Of a stretch of 64,000 bases of DNA, positions 39,047 through 49,812 are shown piece by piece; positions within the stretch are counted from its first letter, which is position 1; every line of letters starts with the position of its first letter. The translations under genes were made by a program, and so were the position numbers. The DNA is from an uncultured Chloroflexia bacterium (GTDB taxonomy: Bacteria > Chloroflexota > Anaerolineae > JAAYZQ01), in contig CAVOXA010000010.1 of NCBI GenBank assembly GCA_963700285.1, positions 384,001-448,000 of the forward strand, read 5' to 3'. The notes beneath the pieces were generated by a model. That model saw only the letters and a program-made list of their open reading frames with translations, searched no databases and was not told the DNA's origin.

Positions 39047-40978
39047 CTAGCGATGCCGGCGTCGCAGCGGCGCGACGGTCAAGGACTCGCCGCTCATCAT
39101 CAGCCACGCCGCTCCGGCCAGCGACAGGGCCAAAATCAACCAGCGCACCGGCTGCAATTGGTTGAGCGCCGGCGCCCAACGAGCTGCCCAGCTAGAGGCT
39201 ACCGCTTGCGACTGTGGCGGTACGCGGGACAATGCCCACTCTGCCGCTGCCTGAACCTCGATTTCCGGGTCGCTTCAACTGAGCTCGGTCCAGGACCTTC
39301 CGCGCGGCCGGATCTCCGATCTCGCCCAATGCCCAGGCCGCCTGACCACGCACCGTTGCGTCGCTGTCCTTCTTGAGCGCGTGCACCAGGGTCTCGATGG
39401 CCGACGACGACCCAATCCAGCCCAGCGCCTGAGCTGCGTTGGCCCGAGCGTCGACACTTTTTGTGTCCAGCATCGCCACCAGCGGTGCGACGGCCGGCTC
39501 GCCCATCTTCTCCAGAGCGGCCATGGCCACGTGCCAGCGGGCCGTCGGCTGCGGATCGGCCAGAGCCGTCAGATAGCGCATCGGTGGCCGCCGGTCCCCC
39601 GATGCGGCCCAGGGCTTCGCCGGCGACGGCTAACTTCCCTGTCCATCGCCCCGGAGAAGCATGGCCCGCAGCGGCTCAACGGCTGCCTCGACCCCCATCA
39701 TGCCCAGCGCCCGCGCCGATCCCATCCGGATCTGTTCTGATGGATGCTCCAGCGCGATCAAGAGGCCGGGAACGGATGCCGGGTCGTTGATCCGGCCCAG
39801 GGCATCGGCGGCAGCCAGGCTCACGGCTGGCTCAGGATCATCCAGGGCGGCCAAAAGCTCGTTCCACACCCCCAAACGGTCGGGCGATGCCCAGTTGGCG
39901 GGCAGCGGATGCCCGCATCTTGGGGTCGTCGCTCTCCAGGGCAGCCAGAATGCCCATCACGTCAGGCGCGTAGCCCTGCAAACCCGCAGCCGTCACGGCC
40001 TGGGCGTAGAGTGGCTTGCCTGGCGCGACCACCAGCCCAGATGCTTGCTCCGCCTCGGGGAACGCAGGTCCGGCCAGCGGCTGCCACGAGGTGCCGCCAT
40101 CCACTGTGACATAGAGTCCCGGCAGCACTGGCGTAGACGTGGGTGCTGCCCACGACGTGGTCCACCGCAACGTAGAGCACGCCCGGTTCCGACAGGATCG
40201 GCGCGCAGCGCGGTGACCTTGACCATCTGGCCAGCAGCCAGGCCCAGGCCCTCCCAGGCCGGCTGCCAGGTCCGCCCGGCATCGGAGCTTTTGTAGACGC
40301 CGGCCGTCGCTGTCCCAACGTAGACCGTCTGCGGATCGATGGCCGCGATGGCGGTGACCTGCTCCGGCAGCGCGCGTGCTTCTGGCCCACGTGACGCCGC
40401 GGTCCTCAGTGTGAAAGAGGACGGTGGGCGTCGCGGCAAAGAGATGGCCTTCGACCAGGGACAGATCCACAATCTGTGCCGAGGCCAGTTCCCCTTGCAT
40501 CATCGAGATGTCCAGCAAGGTACCATCGGCGTGCCAGGCGGTAGATACCTTGACCCCTCGTGCCCAGGTAGAGACCGCCGTCGTCATCCCAGACCAGGCT
40601 GGAGACGGGGAGACCTTTGGCTGCGCCCGTCCAGGTGTTGCCGAGATCGTCGGACCGAAGGATGGAGCCGTCGCCCGTGGCGACAGCCACCCGCTGGCCA
40701 CCGTCACCTGCCCAGACCAGCGGGGCAGCACCACCAGGCAGAGCCAGGGGCAACCAGGTTGCGCCCTCGTCCGTGCTGCGGAACAGGCTCGGCTGCTCAC
40801 CGCCGTCCAGTTGCCAGGCGGCATAGAGCGCTGCGACCGGTGGCTGTTCGGCTACCGGCGCCGGTCCGGCCAGACGGGCCACCTCGCCCCAGGCCCACGT
40901 CGTGCTCAGCCCCACCACCACCAGGAGCACACCCAGAACCCGTCGAACGCTTTTGATAATCCTTTGACACATGTCCAT
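39047..40978 (-). CDS. Secreted Asp-box beta-propeller plus HEAT-repeat protein with C-terminal membrane helix, multiply frameshifted
   Basis: Signal peptide, then SxDxGxTW repeats (GATW, GNTW, GVTW, GRTW, GTSW), then HEAT units (AAADALG, SARALG, AAQALG, AAWALGEIG), then hydrophobic WLILALSLAGAAWL. Pieces lie in several frames. Confidence 0.7.
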
Positions 40979-41042
40979 TGTACCCTCTCCGATAGGCAAC
41001 TTTCAGAGTCCAGCCAGAGCTACCGCTGCTGGCTGCTGCATT

Positions 41043-41490
41043 TCAGACGCTCCGCTCCGAATTTTGTTCCAGGTTCAGCCTACGCTCGGCCATCAGCGTC
41101 GCCAGCAGGCCGGTCTCCGGAAGCTGGCGTGATGCAAGCTGGCGGATGGTCTGTAGCAGGTCTGCGGCTCCTCCGCACTTTTCCAGGAAGGCCTGGGCGC
41201 CGGCTTGCTGCGCCCGTGCGCGAGTGTCCTCGTCGCCGTGAAGGGTGAGGACAACGACGGGCGGCAGCAGGAGCCGCAGCCCGCAGGCGCTTGACGATGT
41301 TCACCCCCTCAGCGCCCCGCATCTCGATGTCCACCACGATCACGTCGGGGTCGAGGGTCTGGGCCAGCGCGAGGGCTTCCTCGACGTTGCCCGTCTCGCC
41401 GACGACGACCATGTCCGGCTCGATGGCCAGACGCATGCGCAAACCCCAGCGTACCTCGGCCTGTCCGTCAACTATCAAGACTCGAATCAT
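41043..41490 (-). CDS. Stand-alone receiver-domain response regulator, one frameshift
   Basis: MIRVLIVDG...PDVIVVDIEM, continuing in another frame as VVLTLHGDEDT...FLEK to TGA at 41043. Confidence 0.75.
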
Positions 41491-41640
41491 CCCCCATCCC
41501 CCTTCCGTGCCAGTGCGACCACGATTTTGATCCTGTGCACGCTCGTATTATAATCAAAGGGGAGATAGCCTGCATCGGGCAAGGGACCGGTCTTGTCTGG
41601 GACATTTGCCGTACGGTCGGCAGGGCTGAGGAGGAGCGTA

Positions 41641-42282
41641 ATGGGGATTCGTATCCTGATCGTGGACGATCACGGTGTGGTCCGCCAGGGACTGCGCATG
41701 TACCTGGCCCTGGACCCCGAATTGGAGGTGGTGGGCGAGGCGGCCAACGGCGCCGAAGCCCTGCGCCTGGCCCACGAACTGGAGCCGGACGTGGTGCTGA
41801 TGGACCTGCTGATGCCGGTCATGGACGGCATCGCCGCCACCGAGGCCATCCGCCGGGAGCTGCCCGAGGTCGAGGTGATCGCCCTGACCAGTGTATTGGA
41901 AGACAGCGCTGTCTATGGGGCGATGCGCGCCGGGGCCATCGGCTATCTGCTCAAGGACACCCAGGCCGACGAGTTGTGCCGGGCCATCAAGGCCGCGGCG
42001 GCCGGGCAGGTGCAGATGTCGCCGTCGGTCGCGGCGCGGCTGCTGCGCGAGGTGCCCGCTCCCCAGCAGCCTGAGCCGCTGACCGAACGGGAGACCGAGG
42101 TGCTGCGGCAGCTGGCCCAGGGCAAATCGAACAAAGAGATCGCCGCGGCCCTGGTCATCGCCGAAAAGACGGTTCGGACCCACGTGAGCAACATCCTGGC
42201 CAAGCTGGGGGTGACCAGCCGCACCCAGGCCGCCCTCCACGCCGTGCGCAGCGGCCTGGTGTCGCTGGACTCGGCGGAGTAG
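41641..42282 (+). CDS. NarL/FixJ-family response regulator (REC + LuxR HTH)
   Basis: Motifs ILIVDDH, VLMDLLMP, GYLLKD, LTERETEVL...GKSNKEIA...TVRTHVSNILAKL. Confidence 0.95.
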   Translation: MGIRILIVDDHGVVRQGLRMYLALDPELEVVGEAANGAEALRLAHELEPDVVLMDLLMPVMDGIAATEAIRRELPEVEVIALTSVLEDSAVYGAMRAGAIGYLLKDTQADELCRAIKAAAAGQVQMSPSVAARLLREVPAPQQPEPLTERETEVLRQLAQGKSNKEIAAALVIAEKTVRTHVSNILAKLGVTSRTQAALHAVRSGLVSLDSAE

Positions 42283-42415
42283 ACGTGATGGCACGCTTGA
42301 GGTCACGGCTGTGGGCTGCTGCACGCCGGCCCGACGGCAAGGCACTGCTGGGTCAGGAATGTGCAGTGATGGGCAAGGTTGGAAGCCGGCATTGTTTCAG
42401 CGTCATTCGTGCGAG

Positions 42416-43090
42416 TCAATACACTGGGTTGTACCTCCTGACCTTGCTCGTCGAGATACCGTACTTGACCAGGCCTGTGGCAATGATAAGCGCGCAGACG
42501 ACGCCATCCAGGACGGGAGCCCCCAGTTCCTCCGAGAGGGACTTGTCCAGACCAGACATCCCAGCGCAGCCCAGGACAAGGACCTCTGCCATATCCTCGT
42601 CAAGCGCCATCTGGGCTGCTTTCAGGTATTTCTCTTTCTCACTGGCACCGGCCATTTCCTCCGGGGGCGCTTTTACCGAAGCAAGCATGCCTTCCAAGTA
42701 CAGTTTTCTAACCTGAGCCTCCTTGGCAGGGATAGAGTGTTTGGAGGTGGTGACCACCGAAAACCGGTGCCCCAGCATGGAGGCCATCTTCATGGACGCC
42801 TCGCCAATGCCCACCACTGGCTTGCGGGCCATCTCCTTCATGGCGTCGAGGTTGGGGTCGTCGTGGCAAGCGATGATGATGGCGTCAAAGTGGTCCTCGT
42901 TCTCTCTGAGCAGCCTGACCATGCCTGGCGCTGCCTGGATGACGTCGTTGCTGGTTTCGATGAATACCGGTGCGCCCGGCGTGGGCTTGCACACGACATC
43001 AAAACCCCCATCGGCATAGCCATCGGCAGTCTTCTGGATGACGGCCGTCATCTCGGGGTCACTGTTGGGATTGATGATCAGGATCCTCAC
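42416..43090 (-). CDS. Asp/Glu/hydantoin racemase family (hydantoin/allantoin racemase)
   Basis: Motifs INPNS, IACHDDP, PVVGIGEA, VLGCAGM, PVLDGV. Confidence 0.9.
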   Translation of the reverse strand: MRILIINPNSDPEMTAVIQKTADGYADGGFDVVCKPTPGAPVFIETSNDVIQAAPGMVRLLRENEDHFDAIIIACHDDPNLDAMKEMARKPVVGIGEASMKMASMLGHRFSVVTTSKHSIPAKEAQVRKLYLEGMLASVKAPPEEMAGASEKEKYLKAAQMALDEDMAEVLVLGCAGMSGLDKSLSEELGAPVLDGVVCALIIATGLVKYGISTSKVRRYNPVY

Positions 43091-43100
43091 CTGCCACCTC

Positions 43101-44805
43101 CTACTGGAGTTCCACCTCCACAGTTACGAGGCCGGCGCGCTCGTGGCGGGCTTTCAGCTTTGCAGTGCCACCTCCAGGCGCGCGCACCACCCATTCCACC
43201 TTGGCGCGGTCCTCCGTGGGGTCCCCAGGGCTGAATCCGCCCGGGACCGAGGGCTTGTAGGCCCGGCCCTCCAACTGGCCCACCTCCTGCCTCTGCTCGC
43301 CGCTCTCCAGCGTCGCCGCTTCTGGCAGTTCGATCTCGCACACTACAGCCGCGGACCAGCTTTTTCTCCAGGGCCTTCTTGGTCACATAGGTCGGCAGCC
43401 AGCCGGTGTTTTGGACCACCAGGCGCACGTGGTAGGCATCCTCTCCCAGGGCCTTGACGCTCACGTCGTACAGCTCCAGACGGGGCGAGATCAGCAGGTG
43501 CCATACCAGCCAGTCGGCAAAGGGCGCAATCTCTTTCTCCAGAAAGCGCCGGTGGCGGGTTCCTGAAGGCATAGCAGATAGTTCCAGCCGCCCAGCTCCA
43601 CCTGGCCCAAGTTGGGGGTGGTCAAAGGGGTACCAATCCACGTAGCCTTTGCCCTCCAGCACCTCGTCGCTCCACTTGAGCATTTTCAGGTCATCCTCCA
43701 GCGGATGCTCGCGGTCCCAATCGATGTGGTCATACTCCTCGATGCCTGCCTGCTGCTGGGGGCTCCAGATCTCCACGACCCAGCCAAAGGCACCCATCTG
43801 GTCGTACAGCCAATCGTTGAAGGTGCCGGTGATCACCTTACGGGGGTGATAGCGAAAATCGTGGTAGACAGAGATGGCCGGATAGCCGGTGATTTCGGTG
43901 CCCTTTTTCCCGATCTTTTCGTAGGTCCACAGATCCTCGGCAGGCAAGCGCTTCGTCGTTCTGGTCGCCGTAGGGGCGCAGCAGCACCCCACTCCAGGTA
44001 TGAAAGGCAACGCCGCCGGTGATATTGGGATGGCTGGCGATAAAACCGGTCGACGGCGTGGATCTCTGGCTCCGACGTAGGATAGGGCCCCGCCCCTGGT
44101 TGCTCGTACTCCTGCCGCCAGTTCAATGGGGAAAGTTGCGGTTCAGATCCAGCCCCTCCTTGTTGGGCTGAATGCGGATCAGGGCGCCATCATAGTCCTC
44201 GATCCGCCCTTCGGGCAGCAGGCGGTAGTACTGGCCGCCAGTCTCGACCGGATCGCGGCGCACCAACAGGCGCGGATCCTCGTCAGCAGGCTTTCCAGGG
44301 GCCATTGGGATCGGGGATGCGCATCATCAACATGCGCCCGTCGCCGTCTATGTCCTCCTTGACCAGGCCGCCGATGGGCTCCTCATCGTAGGGGTAGGGG
44401 CGCGTGCTGGAGCGGATGAGTTTGGGCTTGTCTGCCAGCGCCAGCTCGGCGCCATCAGGGTTCAACCTGCGGGCAGACGTAGAAAGCGCGCGTATCCATG
44501 CAGCGGGTGACGTCTGGATCGGAGCCGTAGCCTGTGACCAGGTGATTGATGAGGTAGAGGCAGGCGCTGGAGGGCGAGACCTCGCTGGCGTGGATGTTGC
44601 CGTCTACCCAAAACGCGGGCTTGTCCTGGTCCTCGCCTGTCTCAGTATTGGTGACTGCCACAGCCCAGATGTCGCGTCCCTCGTAACTCTGGCCGATGCT
44701 CTCCAGACGCACAAATTGAGGATACTCCTCCGCAAAGCCCTGCAGAATACGGGTCAGATCCTCGTAGCGATAGTAGGTATCGAATCGAACTTTCGGCATT
44801 TCCAT
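43101..44805 (-). CDS. M14 zinc carboxypeptidase, multiply frameshifted
   Basis: Motifs IGQSYEGR, DGNIHASE, NPDG, DLNRNFP, PTSEPE. Consecutive fragments in different frames. Confidence 0.8.
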
Positions 44806-44867
44806 CTCCTTTCAATTTTCCTGCAATCTCTCAATCCCTGCCCTTCGCAAGGGTGAATCAACGCACT

Positions 44868-45776
44868 CTATTGCAGGGCAACCTTGGGCTGCCCGTGACG
44901 CCGCCACGACTCGAGGCCAGCCTGCACCATCCTGATACCCGAGGCCACAGTAACCTGGCTGCCCTCACCTTGGTTAAAGACCGAAACGACGGCCAGCGCC
45001 ACAACTTTTCCGGTGGCCATGACGGCATCGATGGCAGTCCCTACCTGCTCCAGGTTTGGGCCATCCGGTTCGGCCGTGATGTGATCGGGTACGTAGGCTC
45101 TATCGAGTATGTCCAGGTCAATGTGCAGATAGATCATATCACAGCGACCAGCCAATTCGGTGACGGACTGCTGCAAGTCCTGTCCCGGGAAACCAGGAGC
45201 CGGGGCGGCAACGACAGCACCGGTAGCGCGGATGAGCTGTTCTTCGGCCGGATCCAGGTTGCGGACGTCAACCAACAGGATGCGGTCCGTGGGCAGGGGG
45301 GCAGCGATGTGAGAGCCTTCACGCCAGCGCGGCCAGGCCAGACCGGCACAGACGGCGACCGGCATGCCGCCCAACATGCCCGTGAGCGTCGTGGTCGGGG
45401 TGTTGAAATCGCCGTGGGCATCGAACCAGACCAAGCCGATGCGGGCAGCCGGACCGTAGGCATCCTGGAGGCCACCAAGGATGCCGGTGCTGTGGACGCA
45501 ATGCCCGCCCGTCATGAGGATCGCACTTCCGTGGCGACGCGCCGCGGCCGCCTCGCTGGCAATGGCCCCGCTCATCAGGCCCAGGTTGGTGATTTCATCT
45601 TCTGCCCAATGGCCATCCTGTACCCTCGGCTCGATGATGTCGACAGGTACGCCTGCTGCCTCATAGGCGCCTGAGGCAGCGAGGGCATCCAGGGAAAGCT
45701 CGTCCCGCTGGGCCAACCTGCTATCCCAATATCGAATACCAATGACCTGCAGACCCGATAGTTCCTCAGTAGTCAT
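44868..45776 (-). CDS. Arginase/ureohydrolase family protein
   Basis: Motifs WFDAHGDFNTP, GMP, LHIDLDILD. GGHC replaces the usual GGDH. Confidence 0.85.
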   Translation of the reverse strand: MTTEELSGLQVIGIRYWDSRLAQRDELSLDALAASGAYEAAGVPVDIIEPRVQDGHWAEDEITNLGLMSGAIASEAAAARRHGSAILMTGGHCVHSTGILGGLQDAYGPAARIGLVWFDAHGDFNTPTTTLTGMLGGMPVAVCAGLAWPRWREGSHIAAPLPTDRILLVDVRNLDPAEEQLIRATGAVVAAPAPGFPGQDLQQSVTELAGRCDMIYLHIDLDILDRAYVPDHITAEPDGPNLEQVGTAIDAVMATGKVVALAVVSVFNQGEGSQVTVASGIRMVQAGLESWRRHGQPKVALQ

Positions 45777-47145
45777 TCCTGTCACTCCCATGCTCTTTCG
45801 CGAGGGCTCTCACGGCATCCATGGTTGCCATCAGATGCTCACCAGTGATGAGAGGCGAGATCACGACCAGGCGCAGGACGGCCCTCCCATCCAGCTTGGT
45901 CATGGAGATGGTGCGCTCTCCCCCCGTCATGATCCGGTCGTACACATATTCCTGAAGCTGGTTCAGGGCTTCCTCAGGGAAGCCTTGCGGTGTGATACGA
46001 AAACAGAGGATCCCGGTATCAGGCTCATGGCACAGCTCCAGGTCATCTTGGGTCCTGAGGTAGGCTGCCAGGGATTGGACGGCTTCAAGGGGAGCACGCA
46101 GGTTCCGGCGCATACCCCTCAGCCCTTGATGGCATATCGACGTGGTGAGATTCAGGGCGGAAAAGGGCCGGGTGGAGGGCATCGACTTGAGTCCGGGGTT
46201 CGGTTCGATGTCCCTCTCCCGGTTGAAGTAGTCGCTGTGCAGCGTAAAGCGGCCAAAATCTGCCCAGTGACGGACAAACAGCAGGGAGCTGGGGATCAGG
46301 ACCCGGAACTGTTTGTGCGGATCCCAGCACACCGAATCGGCCAGCTCCATGCCTGCGAATAACGACTGCCTCTCCGGAAGTAAGCTATAGATCAAACCAT
46401 AGGCGCCATCCACGTGCGACCAGGCACCCAGCTTCTCCGCCATCTCGACGACAGGCAGAATAGGGTCTATAGAACCGGTGGAGGTCGTGCCAGCCGTAAC
46501 GACGATGCAAAAGACCTCCTTCACGCCAGAAAGCTGTCTCAGAGTTTCGCCCAGGTGCTGGATATCCATCCGGCGGTTCTCGTCGACGTCGATGGTAACG
46601 ACGCAGCCATCGCCGAGCCCCATGATGCGCACCGCATGTTTCAGGGAAAAGTGAGCGTCCCGGGAGCAGACGACCACCAATCGAGACGGATCCTGAAAGC
46701 CCAGCAGCCCCTTTTTAGCCAGGTCAAAGCCCTCCCTTTCCGCCTTGCGGTGGAGGGCCATGTAGAGGGCATGCAGGTTAGCATAGGTCCCGGCCAGGGT
46801 AAAGGTGGCATCGGCGGTGGAGGCGAGCCCGAATAGGCGGCACAGACTCTGGCCGCAGATCTCTTCCAGCGTAGCCGCGCCCGGTGAGATCTGCCAGTTG
46901 GTCACACCCGGATTGTGGACCAGAGCGAACCTGCCCCCCAGAGCCGCCCCCTCTTCTGGATAGGCATTGTACATCGACTGGAATTGGGGCAGCTCGTAGT
47001 TCAGCAGGTGCGGAGCCAAACGCTCCTTCAACAGCCCCTCCAGGGTTTCCAGTGACACCCCATCTTCCTGAAAGTCGACGAGGGGTGCCAGGTCGGCTGC
47101 TACCTGCTGGGGCGAAGCACCGGAAAAAATGCGCGTCTGGGACAT
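45766..47145 (-). CDS. Group II PLP-dependent amino acid decarboxylase
   Basis: Motifs AHFSLK, TAGTTSTGSIDP, HVDGAYG, WDPHK. Confidence 0.9.
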   Translation of the reverse strand: MSQTRIFSGASPQQVAADLAPLVDFQEDGVSLETLEGLLKERLAPHLLNYELPQFQSMYNAYPEEGAALGGRFALVHNPGVTNWQISPGAATLEEICGQSLCRLFGLASTADATFTLAGTYANLHALYMALHRKAEREGFDLAKKGLLGFQDPSRLVVVCSRDAHFSLKHAVRIMGLGDGCVVTIDVDENRRMDIQHLGETLRQLSGVKEVFCIVVTAGTTSTGSIDPILPVVEMAEKLGAWSHVDGAYGLIYSLLPERQSLFAGMELADSVCWDPHKQFRVLIPSSLLFVRHWADFGRFTLHSDYFNRERDIEPNPGLKSMPSTRPFSALNLTTSICHQGLRGMRRNLRAPLEAVQSLAAYLRTQDDLELCHEPDTGILCFRITPQGFPEEALNQLQEYVYDRIMTGGERTISMTKLDGRAVLRLVVISPLITGEHLMATMDAVRALAKEHGSDRNDY

Positions 47146-47156
47146 GGGCTGCCCTC

Positions 47157-48557
47157 CTACAGTGAAGCTCGCAATGAGGGATCCAGGGTACGATACAGAT
47201 AGCGTCCCCGTCCCTTCTTTGCCAGGCACTGGTCACCGTCGACGATGAGTTCCCCCCGGGAGTAGACCTGGAGTATCTTGCCCGTTACTTGGATTCCGTC
47301 ATAGGCGGCATAATCTGTGGCCATGTGCAGGCTCTCCAAGTCCATGACCCACTTGGCCTGGGGATCAAAGAGGACAATATCGGCATCGGCCCCTGGCATC
47401 AGGGTCCCCTTGTGCGGGGCCAAGCCAAAGAGCTGGGCCGGCGTGCTGGACACAACCTCTACGAACCTCGGCAGGGACAGGCGTCCTTTGGCCACACCCT
47501 CGGAATATAGCAGGCTGAGGCGAACCTCGATGCCTGGCAACCCATTGGGGACCAAATCGAAGCGGTTCAGGCCATAGAGCTTGGCTTCCCAGGGATAGGC
47601 CGCATCATCGGAGCTGACCAGCGAGATCCGGCCATCTCGCAGCGCCGTCCAGAGCCGGTCCTGGTTCGCAAGACCCCGTATGGGAGGCGAGCAGATCCAC
47701 TTCAGACCGTCTTCACGTTCCAGCATCTCGTCGGTGAAAATGAGATAGTGGGTACAGGTCTCGGCAAGGATGTCCACGCCCTGGGCCCGCCCCATGCCCA
47801 CAAGTTCAGCCCCTGCGGCGGAAGATAGGTGGACAATGAATACCCGGCAGCCGGTGTCACGAGAGATCTCGATGCACTGCCTGATGGCCTTGTCCTCAGC
47901 TTCGGGCGGTTTGGCCTTGGTGTGGTAGGGATACGCGGTCAAACCTGCGTGAACAAACTCGGAGGCTTTGCGGGTGATGGTCTCATCGTCCTCAGCATGG
48001 ACCAGCAGCATTCCGCCGGCCTCGTGGAGACGCGCAGCAACAGGCTTGAGCTCGTCCGCGCTGATATAGAGGCCATCCTCGCGATAGGTCATGTAGCACT
48101 TGATGGAGGGCGCTCCCGCAGCCACAACCAGGGGGATCTGGTCCAAGGTTTCGGGGGTTGGATCCACGATACAGGGATGAATGCCCCAGTCCACCAAGGG
48201 CAGGTTACCGGCTTCCTCCCGCTTGTAGGCCAGGGTATCGATCAGGGGCTGGCCATGCCTCTGGTTGGAAAAATCGATGACGGTGGTCACACCACCATGA
48301 GCAGCAGCCAGCGTACCGGTATAGTAGTCGTGCACGCTGACGGTATTCATGAAAGGATCGTTATAGTGCACATGGACGTCGACCGCTCCCGGCAGCACGA
48401 GCAGACCGCCGGCGTCCAGCGTGACATCGGCCTTGAAGCTGGATAGGCTGCCTACAGCGGCAATGAACTCCCCCTGGATGAGGACGTCCTGCTGGGAAAC
48501 CGCCTGTCCCAGGACAACGGTGCCGCCCCGGATCAGTGTTGACTTGAGTTCTGTCAC
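47157..48557 (-). CDS. hydA: Dihydropyrimidinase/D-hydantoinase
   Basis: Motifs VDVHVH, GGVTTVID, SIKCYMTY, VHAED, ETCTHYL, CSPPIR, PNGLPGIE. Confidence 0.88.
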   Translation of the reverse strand: MTELKSTLIRGGTVVLGQAVSQQDVLIQGEFIAAVGSLSSFKADVTLDAGGLLVLPGAVDVHVHYNDPFMNTVSVHDYYTGTLAAAHGGVTTVIDFSNQRHGQPLIDTLAYKREEAGNLPLVDWGIHPCIVDPTPETLDQIPLVVAAGAPSIKCYMTYREDGLYISADELKPVAARLHEAGGMLLVHAEDDETITRKASEFVHAGLTAYPYHTKAKPPEAEDKAIRQCIEISRDTGCRVFIVHLSSAAGAELVGMGRAQGVDILAETCTHYLIFTDEMLEREDGLKWICSPPIRGLANQDRLWTALRDGRISLVSSDDAAYPWEAKLYGLNRFDLVPNGLPGIEVRLSLLYSEGVAKGRLSLPRFVEVVSSTPAQLFGLAPHKGTLMPGADADIVLFDPQAKWVMDLESLHMATDYAAYDGIQVTGKILQVYSRGELIVDGDQCLAKKGRGRYLYRTLDPSLRASL

Positions 48558-48611
48558 AAGTGCGAACTCCTCCCCCTGCCATAGCCTGACCCCCATCGCA
48601 AAGTCAGATCG

Positions 48612-49790
48612 TTAGAGGCTATCCAGGGCCTGTCTCAGATCGCCCTTTAGATCCTCCACATCTTCAATGCCCACGGCGTAGCGGATCAAGCCCTCAGGGA
48701 TGCCTGCTTCGGCCCGTTCCTCAGCCGTCAACTCGACGTGGCTGGTGGTTGCCGGTGGACCGACAATGGTCTCTACCTGGCCCAGGTTGGCCGCCATATA
48801 GGCATACCTCAGGCGGGGCAGGAAACGGGTCACGGCCTCAAAGCCACCCTTGAGTTCAAAGCTCAACACGCCGCCATAGCCCGTCATCTGCCGCCTGGCA
48901 ATCTCGTGGCCCGGATGGCTCTCGAGGCCGGGATAATAAACCCGTTCGACTTTGGGCTCCCCTTCCAGAAAGTTGGCCAGCGCCAGGGCATTCTCATTGT
49001 GTCGTTGGACGCGCAGGCCCAACGTCTTTAGACTGCGCAGCAGCAAAAAAGCATTGAGGGCCTGCAGCGAAGGTCCGGTAAGCTCACGGTGATGATAGAT
49101 CCTGGCCACCAGGTCCTGGCGGCCGCAGACGACACCGCCCAATACATCTCCGTGCCCGTTCAAGAACTTGGTCGCGCTGTGAATGACCAGATCAGCCCCC
49201 AGGTCGATGGGCCGCTGGTTGATGGGGGTAGCAAAGGTATTGTCGACAACGGTGACTGCTCCCACTTTCCTGGCCGCTGCCGCGAGGCGAGCCAGGTCCA
49301 ACACCTTCAGCGTTGGGTTAGTGGGAGACTCTAGATAGAGCAAGTCGCAGCCCTGCGCCATGGAGGCCTCGATGGCCTCGTGATCCTCCGTATCAACCAC
49401 CTCGCAGACCACGCCAAAACGGGGAAGGATCTGCGTAAAGTGGAGGTAGGTCGCACCATAGGTATCTCGCACCGACACGGCGCGCTGTGAGGGGCTGAGC
49501 AGGGCAAAGAGTGTCGTACTGATGGCCGCCATTCCCGTGGCAAAGCTGGTGGCGCTTTCCGCACCCTCAAGGGCAGCCACTCTTTCTTCGAGGGCGCTGG
49601 TGGTGGGGTTTGAGTTGCGGCTGTAGATATCGCCGGGGGTCTGGCCCAGCGCGACGGCGCGCCAGCTTTCCACATCGTCGTAGGCAAAGGCCGCGTTGGC
49701 GACAATGGGCGGCACCACCGAGTGGGTACTCGGATCGGTACCTTGGCAGAGGTGCACCGATCTGGTTGAGGGTCCTTCACGTCGATCCAT
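48612..49790 (-). CDS. Cystathionine gamma-synthase family PLP enzyme
   Basis: Motifs YSRNSNPT, FATGMAA, ESPTNP, DNTFATP, HSATKFLNGHGD. Confidence 0.92.
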   Translation of the reverse strand: MDRREGPSTRSVHLCQGTDPSTHSVVPPIVANAAFAYDDVESWRAVALGQTPGDIYSRNSNPTTSALEERVAALEGAESATSFATGMAAISTTLFALLSPSQRAVSVRDTYGATYLHFTQILPRFGVVCEVVDTEDHEAIEASMAQGCDLLYLESPTNPTLKVLDLARLAAAARKVGAVTVVDNTFATPINQRPIDLGADLVIHSATKFLNGHGDVLGGVVCGRQDLVARIYHHRELTGPSLQALNAFLLLRSLKTLGLRVQRHNENALALANFLEGEPKVERVYYPGLESHPGHEIARRQMTGYGGVLSFELKGGFEAVTRFLPRLRYAYMAANLGQVETIVGPPATTSHVELTAEERAEAGIPEGLIRYAVGIEDVEDLKGDLRQALDSL

Positions 49791-49812
49791 ACCATCATCT
49801 CCTTCAATGTGT

